Part shown: one piece after another, positions 8,750-16,256 of the stretch | How the letters are laid out: every line of letters starts with the position of its first letter | How positions within the stretch are numbered: the stretch's first letter is position 1 | Assembly (NCBI GenBank): GCA_018713245.1 | Contig: DVFM01000034.1 | Coordinates: 3,835 to 67,834, forward strand | Source of the DNA: Candidatus Merdivicinus intestinavium | GTDB taxonomy: Bacteria; Bacillota; Clostridia; Oscillospirales; Ruminococcaceae | Direction: 5' to 3' | Length of the DNA: 64,000 nucleotides | Notes under the pieces: model-generated | Seen by the model: the letters and a program-made list of their open reading frames with translations, nothing else | The model's database searches: none | What the model was told of the DNA's origin: nothing | Translations under genes and position numbers: made by a program

Positions 8750-9913
8750 GTGGTGCATGTTTCAGTGAACACAGCAATCCTCAACACGGTCGAATTCCCG
8801 AAACTGGGCTTGGAATTTGAATTCGACTCCATCGCGTTTTCCATCGGCAACATCCATATTGCATGGTACGGAATCCTGATAGCGGCCGGCATCCTGCTTG
8901 CCATGGCCTTCGGCATATCCCAGTGCAAGCGCTTCGGCATCATCGCCGACAAACTGATGAACGCGGCCCTGGGCGGCGTAATCGGCGGCATCGTCGGCGC
9001 GCGGCTTTACTATGTGATCTTTTCCTGGGACAATTACAAGGACGACCTGATGAGCATTTTCCACACCTGGGAGGGCGGCATGGCCATTTACGGCGGCCTC
9101 ATCGGCGGCCTGGGCGTCGGCCTGCTGGTGGCAAAGCTCTGCAAAATCCGCATCCGCCCGGCGCTGGACGTGGCGAGCATGGGCTTTCTGATCGGCCAGT
9201 GCATCGGCCGGTGGGGGAATTTCATCAACGTGGAGGCCTTCGGCGGAAACACCGACCTGCCCTGGGGCATGACCTCCCCCACCATTACCGCTTACCTGCG
9301 GGAGCATATGTCCGAACTGGGCGAGCTGGGCATGAATATTGACCCTTCGGCGCCGGTTCATCCCTGCTTCCTTTATGAATCCCTCTGGTGCGCGCTGGGA
9401 TTCCTGCTGCTGTTCCTTTACCGGAAGCACCGGAAGTTCGACGGCGAGATTTTCCTGATGTACAGCGTCTGGTACGGCGCCGGCCGGTTTGTCATCGAGG
9501 GCCTGCGCACCGACAGCCTGCTCATCGGCACCATCCGGGTTTCCCAGCTGCTGGCCGGGCTGGTGGTTGTGGCCGGCGTCATCCTTTGGATTGTCATCCG
9601 CAGCCGCATCCGCACCCGTCACGACCCGGAATACCTCAAGCTCTACGTCAACACCGAAGCCTACCAGCAGGAGCTGGCGGATTATGAGGCAAAGCTCCGG
9701 AAATCCAAGGACAAATCCGGAAAGAAGAAAAAATCCGGCAAGGGCTCCGAGGACAACGGGGTTGAAGTTGTGGACCTGGGGAGCTTTTCCGGCGAAGAAA
9801 CGGTGAGCGAGCCGGTGGACGACGGAACCCGGGTTGCCGGAGAAGAGCCGCCTGCGGAAAATACCGCGGAGGAAAGCAAAGCGGACGGACAGGAATCGGA
9901 GGGAACGGAATGA
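8750..9913 (+). CDS. lgt: Prolipoprotein diacylglyceryl transferase with a long charged C-terminal extension
   Basis: Lgt blocks present: [48 protein letters not shown] start, exact start uncertain. The last ~100 aa are Lys/Glu/Ser-rich. Confidence 0.85.
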   Translation: MVHVSVNTAILNTVEFPKLGLEFEFDSIAFSIGNIHIAWYGILIAAGILLAMAFGISQCKRFGIIADKLMNAALGGVIGGIVGARLYYVIFSWDNYKDDLMSIFHTWEGGMAIYGGLIGGLGVGLLVAKLCKIRIRPALDVASMGFLIGQCIGRWGNFINVEAFGGNTDLPWGMTSPTITAYLREHMSELGELGMNIDPSAPVHPCFLYESLWCALGFLLLFLYRKHRKFDGEIFLMYSVWYGAGRFVIEGLRTDSLLIGTIRVSQLLAGLVVVAGVILWIVIRSRIRTRHDPEYLKLYVNTEAYQQELADYEAKLRKSKDKSGKKKKSGKGSEDNGVEVVDLGSFSGEETVSEPVDDGTRVAGEEPPAENTAEESKADGQESEGTE

Positions 9914-10767
9914 GCAATCTGATTGACGGGAAGGCGATTGCCGCCCGGGTGAAGGAAGAAGTGGCAAGGGAAGCCGCCGAATTGGCGCAGCGCGGCATCC
10001 GGGCGGGGCTCGCCGTCGTCATTGTGGGAGACGACCCCGCTTCCCGCATCTATGTCAACAACAAAAAGAAGGCCTGCGAGGCCTGCAATATCCGGTCTTA
10101 CGAGTACGCGCTGCCCGAAAGCACCTCGGAGGAGGACCTGCTGGCGCTGGTGGAAAAGCTCAACGCCGATCCCGCCGTCAGCGGCATTCTGGTTCAGCTC
10201 CCGCTGCCGCGCCAGATTTCGGAGCAGAAGGTCATCGCCGCGATTTCCCCGGAAAAGGACGTGGACGCCTTCCACGCGGTCAATGTGGGGAAAATCATGA
10301 TCGGCGATTTCGACTTCCTTCCCTGCACGCCGGCCGGCTGTCTGGAGCTCATCGATTCCACCGGCGTTTCGGTTGAAGGGAAGCGCTGCGTAGTCATCGG
10401 GCGCAGCAACATCGTGGGCAAGCCCATGGCCATGCTGCTGCTCCACCGGAACGGCACCGTCACCATCTGCCATTCCAAAACCCGGGGACTCCGGGAAATC
10501 TGCCGGGAGGCGGACATCCTGGTGGCGGCCGTGGGAAAACCGAAATTTGTGACGGCCGATATGGTCAAGGAAGGCGCGGTGGTTATCGACGTGGGGATGA
10601 ACCGGCTGGAAAACGGGAAGCTCTGCGGCGATGTGGATTTTGACGCCGTGCGGGAGGTTGCCGGGTGGATTACGCCGGTTCCCGGCGGAGTCGGCCCCAT
10701 GACCATCGCCATGCTGATGCGGAACACCCTTTCCGCGGCAAAGCTTCAGAATCGGGTGCAGGCATGA
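9910..10767 (+). CDS. folD: Bifunctional methylenetetrahydrofolate dehydrogenase/cyclohydrolase
   Basis: [11 protein letters not shown]..., [40 protein letters not shown]. The ATG overlaps the lgt stop (ATGA). Confidence 0.9.
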   Translation: MSNLIDGKAIAARVKEEVAREAAELAQRGIRAGLAVVIVGDDPASRIYVNNKKKACEACNIRSYEYALPESTSEEDLLALVEKLNADPAVSGILVQLPLPRQISEQKVIAAISPEKDVDAFHAVNVGKIMIGDFDFLPCTPAGCLELIDSTGVSVEGKRCVVIGRSNIVGKPMAMLLLHRNGTVTICHSKTRGLREICREADILVAAVGKPKFVTADMVKEGAVVIDVGMNRLENGKLCGDVDFDAVREVAGWITPVPGGVGPMTIAMLMRNTLSAAKLQNRVQA

Positions 10768-10810
10768 AACGCGCGTTTCGGGTCCTGCCCGGTAAAGGAG
10801 GAAACTGGAT

Positions 10811-12706
10811 TTGAGAGAAACTCTGTGCATGGGATGCATGCGGGACAAGGGGGAGGCCGTCGTCTGCCCTTACTGCGGCTATGAAGAGGGAACGCCTCAA
10901 TACGCCGCTTACCTGCCGCCCCGCACCATGATCGACAGCCGGTATCTGGTGGGGCGCGTGCTCAGCTACAACGGAGAAGGCGTCCTGTACATCGGCTACG
11001 ACTGCATGAGAGGGGAGCGGGTGGACATCCGGGAATTTTTCCCGGATACCCTTGCGGTCCGGGACGCGGACGGCCGGACCGTCCGGGTGCTGGACGGCCG
11101 CCAGATTCCCTTTAAAGCCAATATGAGCGATTATACGGAGATTTTGGGAAAGCTCATCCGGATGCGGACGCTCTCCTGCGTGGTGCAGGTTTTGGGCTGG
11201 GTGGAAGCGAACAACACGGTCTATGCGGTGCTGGAGCATGTGGAGGGGCTTCCGCTCCGGGAATATCTGCTGCGGAAGGGCGCCATGCTCAGCTGGCAGG
11301 AGACTTCCGACCTGCTGCTGCCCGCCATCCGGACCCTGAGCCTGCTGCATCAGGACGGGATTCTGCACCGGGGCTTAAGCGCCGACACGGTCTTTGTGAC
11401 GGCGCAGAATACCGTCAAAATCGGCGGCTTTGCGGTCAGCGCCGTCCGGGCCGCCCGGACCGAGCTGGCGGCGGAGCTGTTTCCCGGTTATTCGGCGCCG
11501 GAGCAGTATTCGTCGGTGAACCCCCACGGCCCGTGGACCGACGTTTATGCCGTCTGCGCGCTTTTGTACGCCTGCCTGACCGGACAGCGGCCGCCGGAAG
11601 CGCTGATCCGCTCGGCGGATAAGGAACTGATGCCGCCCCGGGAGCGCAACGAAACGGTGCCCGCTTATGTCTCCGACGCGATTTTGCAGGGGCTGGAGCT
11701 GGACGCCCGGAAGCGGATTCAGACCATGGACCAGCTGGCCGACGCCATAACCGGCGCCCCCTCCCAGCCGATTGTGGTCGTCCCGGCGGCCGAGCCCGCC
11801 GTGGCGGAGACGGAAACGGAGGAACCCATTCAGATTCCCCCGGTCCGCCGCCCCTCCTTCAAGAAAAAGGAGGAGAAGGAGGAAAAAACGGCCTATTACC
11901 GGCCGGCCTCCTCCCCCGCAACCCACACCCTGACCCCGGAGGAAGCGGAGGGCCGGGAGGCGGAGCGCCGCCGTTCCCGGAAGCTGGTGCTCAACAGCAT
12001 GCTGATCGCCCTTCCCATTCTGCTGCTGGCGCTGATTATCTCCTTCTGGCTGCTTTTCGGCGGCCGGGACAGCGGCCGGCAGGAAGAAGAGTCCTCCGAG
12101 CCCAGCCTGGCTTCCGAGGAATGGCTGGTGTCCTCTTACCCGGACGAGGAGTCCGGCGTGCAGTCCCGGGACGAATCTTCCCGGGAAGAATCCTCCCGCG
12201 AGGAATCGTCGGAACCGTCCCGCGAAGAATCCTCCGGAGAGGAATCCTCCGCCGCCGAATCGTCCCGTGCGGAATCTTCGGCGGAAAGCAGCGAAGCCGC
12301 CATCTTTATGGAAAACTTTGTGGGCCAGAAATACGCCGACGTGGTGGCCAGCGCGGAGTATAAGGACGTCTATATTTTCGCAACTCCGACCTACGAGTAC
12401 AGCGAGGACTATGAGGAGGGCGTCGTGATGGACCAGGACATTACGCCCGGTCTGGAAATTACGGCGGGCACCCGGGTCAACCTGACCGTCAGCCGGGGCA
12501 GCCGCTATATCCGTCTCCCCAGCTACGAAAAGCAGACGGAACAGGCTTATACAGCCCGGCTCGCCAGCCTGGGCGTCCCCTATGTCGTCGTCTACCGCGA
12601 GGACGACAACTATCCCAGCGGGTATGTGGTGGGCCTGAGCGTCAGCGACAACCTGTATGACATTACCAGCGGCGCGACTGTGGAGGTCTATGTCTCCCAG
12701 GAATAG
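10811..12706 (+). CDS. Zinc-ribbon / degenerate Hanks-type kinase (predicted pseudokinase) / TM / PASTA-repeat membrane protein
   Basis: 631 aa. AAGGAGG lies 9 nt before TTG 10811; an alternative ATG is at 10829. Contains CMGC...CPYC, a kinase-like fold with SAPE and DVYAV blocks but VDIRE, HRGLSADT and GGF where VAIK, HRDxKxxN and DFG are expected, TM helix LVLNSMLIALPILLLALIISFWLLF, a Ser/Glu spacer, and two PASTA-like repeats. Confidence 0.8.
   Translation: MRETLCMGCMRDKGEAVVCPYCGYEEGTPQYAAYLPPRTMIDSRYLVGRVLSYNGEGVLYIGYDCMRGERVDIREFFPDTLAVRDADGRTVRVLDGRQIPFKANMSDYTEILGKLIRMRTLSCVVQVLGWVEANNTVYAVLEHVEGLPLREYLLRKGAMLSWQETSDLLLPAIRTLSLLHQDGILHRGLSADTVFVTAQNTVKIGGFAVSAVRAARTELAAELFPGYSAPEQYSSVNPHGPWTDVYAVCALLYACLTGQRPPEALIRSADKELMPPRERNETVPAYVSDAILQGLELDARKRIQTMDQLADAITGAPSQPIVVVPAAEPAVAETETEEPIQIPPVRRPSFKKKEEKEEKTAYYRPASSPATHTLTPEEAEGREAERRRSRKLVLNSMLIALPILLLALIISFWLLFGGRDSGRQEEESSEPSLASEEWLVSSYPDEESGVQSRDESSREESSREESSEPSREESSGEESSAAESSRAESSAESSEAAIFMENFVGQKYADVVASAEYKDVYIFATPTYEYSEDYEEGVVMDQDITPGLEITAGTRVNLTVSRGSRYIRLPSYEKQTEQAYTARLASLGVPYVVVYREDDNYPSGYVVGLSVSDNLYDITSGATVEVYVSQE
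12085..12300 (+). repeat. Ser/Glu-rich low-complexity coding repeat (GAATC[CGT]TC-type triplet units)
   Basis: Encodes ...EEESSEPS...DESSREESSREESSEPSREESSGEESSAAESSRAESSAESSEA between the TM helix and the PASTA repeats. Confidence 0.7.
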
Positions 12707-12721
12707 CCGCCGCTCGGAAAA

Positions 12722-12757
12722 GCGCCTGCCGGCTTTGCAGACCGGCGGGCGTTTTTT
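12722..12757 (+). terminator. Intrinsic terminator after the pseudokinase gene
   Basis: CGCCTGCCGG / CCGGCGGGCG stem followed by TTTTTT. Confidence 0.7.
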
Positions 12758-12766
12758 CGCAGCTTC

Positions 12767-12795
12767 TTGTAAAAACGGAAAAATTCTGGTATGAT
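12767..12795 (+). promoter_or_regulatory. Candidate sigma-A promoter of the MBL hydrolase gene
   Basis: TTGTAA, 17 nt, TATGAT, with a TGn extension (TGGTATGAT). Confidence 0.5.
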
Positions 12796-12826
12796 GAAAG
12801 AAAACAGGCAGAAAGGTGTGTGCAGT

Positions 12827-13417
12827 ATGGCAGAACTTTTGTATCAGGGACACGGCAGTTTTCGGATGACGGGGAACAACGGCGCGGTGCTGTACCTGGA
12901 CCCCTTTGCGGGAAGCGGCTATGAGAAGCCGGCCGACATCGTTCTGGTGACCCATCAGCACGGGGACCACAACCAGATTTCCAAAGTGACCCGGGCGCCG
13001 GGCTGCCGGATAATCCAAAACTTTGACGCATTGAAGGACGGCGAATACCGCTCCTTTTCGGTCAAGGGCTTCCAAATCGAGGCCGTGCCGGCGTATAACC
13101 GCAACCACCGGCGGGAGGAATGCGTCGGTTTTTTGGTGGAAGCGGACGGGGTAAGATGCTATTTTGCGGGGGACACTTCGGAAACCGCGGAAATGGCCGG
13201 CCTTCGGGAGCGAAAGATTGACTACGCCTTTTTCCCCATTGATGGGGTCTACAACATGGACGCGGCGGAGGCGTCCCGCTGTGCGGCTGCCGTAAGGGCG
13301 CGGCATTCCGTCCCGGTTCACACCTGCCCCGGCGCGCTGTTTTCGGAGGATGCGGCGGCGGAATTCCGGGCGGAAGGGAAGCTCGTCCTTCACCCGGGAG
13401 AAGAAGTTCGGTTGTAA
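12827..13417 (+). CDS. MBL-fold metallo-hydrolase
   Basis: Start moved to ATG 12827 (MAELLYQGHGSF), because the track ATG 12791 lies inside the predicted -10. HxHxDH motif present (THQHGDH). Confidence 0.75.
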   Translation: MAELLYQGHGSFRMTGNNGAVLYLDPFAGSGYEKPADIVLVTHQHGDHNQISKVTRAPGCRIIQNFDALKDGEYRSFSVKGFQIEAVPAYNRNHRREECVGFLVEADGVRCYFAGDTSETAEMAGLRERKIDYAFFPIDGVYNMDAAEASRCAAAVRARHSVPVHTCPGALFSEDAAAEFRAEGKLVLHPGEEVRL

Positions 13418-13589
13418 CTTCTCGTTTGTTTCATAAAAATATTAAAAAATATTCGGATAAAATTGCATGATTTGACAGGATTTTTCTCTTTTCTTCTGTT
13501 TTGGCAAAAATGGCACTATCGTTTTTTCCGACTTCCCGCTACAATAAAGGGCAGGAGAGTGTATGCCCGGGCGACAGCAAGGAGGTTTT

Positions 13590-14705
13590 ATGAAGGTACT
13601 GATTTTGTCCTGCCATACCGGCGGAGGTCATGACGCGGCGGCCGCCGCCCTGGCGGAAGGTTTCCGCCTGCTGGGACACACGGCGGCGGTGCAGGACTTT
13701 TTCGCTCTGCGGAGCGAGCGGGCGGCTTCGGCTGCGTCGAGCCTTTATGTGGGGACGGTGAACCGTTCTCCCCAGCTTTTTCACGCCCTTTACCAGGTTG
13801 GGTCGGCAATCAGCAGCGCGCGGCGGCACAGCCCGGTTTATTATGTCAACGTCTGGTTTGCGCCGTCGCTGGAGGCGAAGCTCAAGGCGGAACGGTTTGA
13901 CCTGGCGGTGACCACCCATATTTTCCCCGCCCACGCTTTGACCTGGCTAAAGGCAAAGGGCCGGATTCAGATTCCCGCAGCCGGCGTGATGACCGACTAT
14001 ACCTGCATCCCCTTCTGGGCGGAGACGCGCTGCGAGGCGTACGTGACGCCCCACCCCTCGCTGACAGAGGAAATCGCGGGGAAGGACCTCCCCCGGGAAG
14101 CGCTCCTTCCCCTGGGAATCCCGGTATCCCCTTCCCTCGGCAGCGCGCCGGCGGACCGGCAGGCGCTGGGGATGGAGGAAGGAAGGCCGCTGATCGTCCT
14201 TCTGTCCGGGAGCATGGGACACGGCGACCTGGTGCCGGTGGTGGACGCGCTGCTGCAAAAGGGCGGCAGCGCACCGCAGATTGCGGTAATTACCGGGCGG
14301 AACGAGGAACTTCGGAAGGACCTGTCCCGCCAGTATTCCGCCGTTCCGCAGGTGCAGGTCAAGGGATATGAGAAGATGGGGCCCTGGCTTCGGTGCTGCG
14401 ATGTGCTGATTACCAAGCCGGGCGGCCTTACCGTCACGGAGGCGGCGGCCATGCGGGTGCCGCTGGTGCTGAGCAACGCCATTCCGGGCTGCGAGACGGA
14501 GAACCAGCGGTTTTTCGTTTCCCGCGGCATGGCCCTGGCGCCGGATACGCCGGCGGAACAGGCCGAAGCGGCGCTCCGGCTCTGCCGGGATGCGGAGGAA
14601 CGGGACCGGATGCGCGCCGCGCAGGCAGAGGCGATCCGCCCCGATAATGCGGTTCAGATCTGCCGTGCGCTGGCAGAAAAGTTCGGAGGGATGCTCCATG
14701 CGTAA
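13590..14705 (+). CDS. MGDG-synthase/GT28-family diacylglycerol glycosyltransferase (UgtP-like)
   Basis: Start moved to ATG 13590, preceded by AAGGAGG. N-terminal MKVLILSCHTGGGHDAAAAAL and a C-terminal GT28-like KPGGLTVTEAAAMRVPLV block. Confidence 0.75.
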   Translation: MKVLILSCHTGGGHDAAAAALAEGFRLLGHTAAVQDFFALRSERAASAASSLYVGTVNRSPQLFHALYQVGSAISSARRHSPVYYVNVWFAPSLEAKLKAERFDLAVTTHIFPAHALTWLKAKGRIQIPAAGVMTDYTCIPFWAETRCEAYVTPHPSLTEEIAGKDLPREALLPLGIPVSPSLGSAPADRQALGMEEGRPLIVLLSGSMGHGDLVPVVDALLQKGGSAPQIAVITGRNEELRKDLSRQYSAVPQVQVKGYEKMGPWLRCCDVLITKPGGLTVTEAAAMRVPLVLSNAIPGCETENQRFFVSRGMALAPDTPAEQAEAALRLCRDAEERDRMRAAQAEAIRPDNAVQICRALAEKFGGMLHA

Positions 14706-15390
14706 TGTTTATTGGATGTTGGGAGGCGGGATTCTGCTCGCCTTTCTGAGCGGCAGCGTGCTCTACAGCTCGATTCTGCCCCGCGCGCTCAGCAAAAAGG
14801 ACATCACCCGCATGTCCGACGACGGGAACCCCGGCGCGTTCAACGCCTTCCGCTACGCCGGCAAAGCGGTGGGCGCCCTCTGCCTGGTGTGCGATATTTT
14901 GAAGGGGGCGCTGCCGGTGATGCTGATGAGCCCGCTGTATCTGCGGCACCCGGCGCTGTTCGGGGCGCTGATTGCAGCCCCCGTTTTCGGCCACGCTTTT
15001 TCCCCCTTTGCCGGGATGCACGGCGGGAAAGGAATCGCCGTTTCCTTCGGGGTTATGCTGGGACTGTTTCCGCAGTTTCCGGAGCTTGTCTGGCTGATTG
15101 TCCTTTACCTTGGGTTTTCCCTGGTGATACGGGTGGACCCGAATCAGTGGCGCTCCGTCCTGACGTTTACCGCCTTCGCCCTGCTGGCTTTGCGGTTTGA
15201 GGAATATTTCGGAATGCGTCTGGGCGTGCTGCTGGTCTGCGCCGCGGTTTTGTACCGCCACTGCTTCGGACTGCACCGCCAGGCGATGCAGATCAGCCTT
15301 TTCCGCCGGAGATTGGTGACGCTGCGTTCCCTTCAGGAAATGGTGGAACGGCGGAGGGCGCAGAAGGACTGTTTTTCCAAGCGCCAGTGA
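14698..15390 (+). CDS. plsY: PlsY-family glycerol-3-phosphate acyltransferase (divergent)
   Basis: Start at ATG 14698, preceded by GGAGGG and overlapping the upstream gene by 8 nt. Blocks DGNPGAFNAFRYAG, CDILKGALPV and GHAFSPF..GGKGIAVSFG parallel the PlsY GNxGATN / KG / GHxFP..GGKG motifs. Confidence 0.7.
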   Translation: MRNVYWMLGGGILLAFLSGSVLYSSILPRALSKKDITRMSDDGNPGAFNAFRYAGKAVGALCLVCDILKGALPVMLMSPLYLRHPALFGALIAAPVFGHAFSPFAGMHGGKGIAVSFGVMLGLFPQFPELVWLIVLYLGFSLVIRVDPNQWRSVLTFTAFALLALRFEEYFGMRLGVLLVCAAVLYRHCFGLHRQAMQISLFRRRLVTLRSLQEMVERRRAQKDCFSKRQ

Positions 15391-15419
15391 TTGACAAATC
15401 CGGCCGGAGGGCGTATAAT
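15391..15419 (+). promoter_or_regulatory. Perfect-consensus sigma-A promoter
   Basis: TTGACA (15391-15396), exactly 17 nt, TATAAT (15414-15419). Starts immediately after the plsY stop. Confidence 0.6.
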
Positions 15420-15430
15420 AAAAACAGCGG

Positions 15431-15467
15431 CAGCCCGCATCTGCTTTCAGTGGATGCGGGCTGTTTC
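15431..15467 (+). terminator. Stem-loop in the leader of the HMA gene (plsY terminator and/or attenuator)
   Basis: 11-bp perfect stem, CAGCCCGCATC (15431-15441) with GATGCGGGCTG (15453-15463), followed by TTTC. Lies downstream of the consensus promoter and about 40 nt upstream of ATG 15509. Confidence 0.4.
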
Positions 15468-15508
15468 AGAAGGATGTGTTAGCTACAACTAATTTATGGA
15501 GGGATCAA

Positions 15509-15895
15509 ATGGAAACTCTCATTACGGCAATTGCCGTCATTGTGCTGGTTCTGGCGGGCGTGATCGCTGTGCGCAGCTACGCCAAGCGCCTGGCCTCCGG
15601 CTGCTGCGGAGGAGGCGGGCAGAAATCCGACCGGAAAGTCCGGGTGGCCGACCGGAATAAGGCGCATTATCCCTACAGCGCCGTGCTGGACATCGACGGA
15701 ATGGTCTGCGCAGCCTGCGCCAGGCGGGTGGAAAACGGCTTGAATCGGCTGGACGGCGTTTGGGCCACCGTGGATTTGGGCAAAAAGCAGGCGGCAGTCC
15801 GGATGAAAACGCCGTATCCCGAGGCGGAACTCCGCCGTGCCGTCCGGGAGAGCGGCTACACCATGCTGCGGATGCGCCAGGACCAGCCCTCCTAA
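15509..15895 (+). CDS. Membrane-anchored Cys-rich / heavy-metal-associated (HMA) domain protein
   Basis: Start moved to ATG 15509, preceded by GGAGGG. The N-terminal TM helix plus GCCGGGG resembles FeoB-associated Cys-rich membrane peptides. The C-terminal region has a ferredoxin-like HMA pattern with GMVCAAC (MxCxxC). Confidence 0.7.
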   Translation: METLITAIAVIVLVLAGVIAVRSYAKRLASGCCGGGGQKSDRKVRVADRNKAHYPYSAVLDIDGMVCAACARRVENGLNRLDGVWATVDLGKKQAAVRMKTPYPEAELRRAVRESGYTMLRMRQDQPS

Positions 15896-16177
15896 GCCGC
15901 GCCGTTCCGGCGGTGCCGGGAGAAACGCGCAGCCGCGCCGTCAACAAAAAATTGTCAAAAAGAATCAGAATCCTCCCCGAAACGGCGCAGCCTGTCGCAC
16001 CGCTCCAGCGGTAGCGGGAGAAACGCGCAGCCGCGCCGTCAGTAAAAAGAAACGTTAAAAAGAATCAGAATCCTCCCCGAAACGGCGCAGCCTGTCGCGC
16101 CGTTCCAGCGGTAGCGAGAGAAGCGCACGGTCGCGTCGTCAACAAAAAAATCGTCAACAAAAAATCGTCAATAAAAA
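15896..16177. repeat. About 2.5 copies of a 100-bp tandem repeat, ending in three 13-15-bp TCGTCAA(C/T)AAAAA mini-repeats
   Basis: Copies start near 15896, 15996 and 16096. The blocks GGGAGAAACGCGCAGCCGCGCCGTCA and AAAAAGAATCAGAATCCTCCCCGAAACGGCGCAGCCTGTCGC recur exactly 100 nt apart. Copy 3 is diverged. The mini-repeats span 16136-16177. Confidence 0.85.
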
Positions 16178-16197
16178 TATTTTCCGGAGTATCGTTT

Positions 16198-16230
16198 TGT
16201 GACCGAAATGTGACCGGCCTTTTGTATAAT
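16198..16230 (+). promoter_or_regulatory. Direct repeat TGTGAC-N5-TGTGAC (11-bp period) placed 10 nt upstream of a TATAAT; candidate response-regulator-dependent promoter
   Basis: TGTGAC at 16198-16203 and 16209-16214; TATAAT at 16225-16230. No -35 hexamer at 17-nt spacing. The opposite strand reads GTCACA twice. Confidence 0.4.
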
Positions 16231-16256
16231 AGTGATATGGAGGGGAGATGAGGACG

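Noticed and set aside
11375-13393. 672-aa minus-strand ORF
   Set aside because: Antisense shadow of the pseudokinase and MBL genes. Arg/Gly-rich with no motifs. It also spans a terminator and a promoter.
15896-16177. Possible CRISPR array, given the regular repeats
   Set aside because: The 100-bp units abut each other with no unique spacers. There are only about 2.5 copies and no cas genes. It is a tandem duplication, not a CRISPR array.
16198-16214. CRP/FNR-type site, because of the TGTGA half-sites
   Set aside because: CRP/FNR sites are inverted (TGTGA-N6-TCACA). Here the two TGTGAC copies are direct repeats with an 11-bp period, which fits a winged-helix response regulator better.
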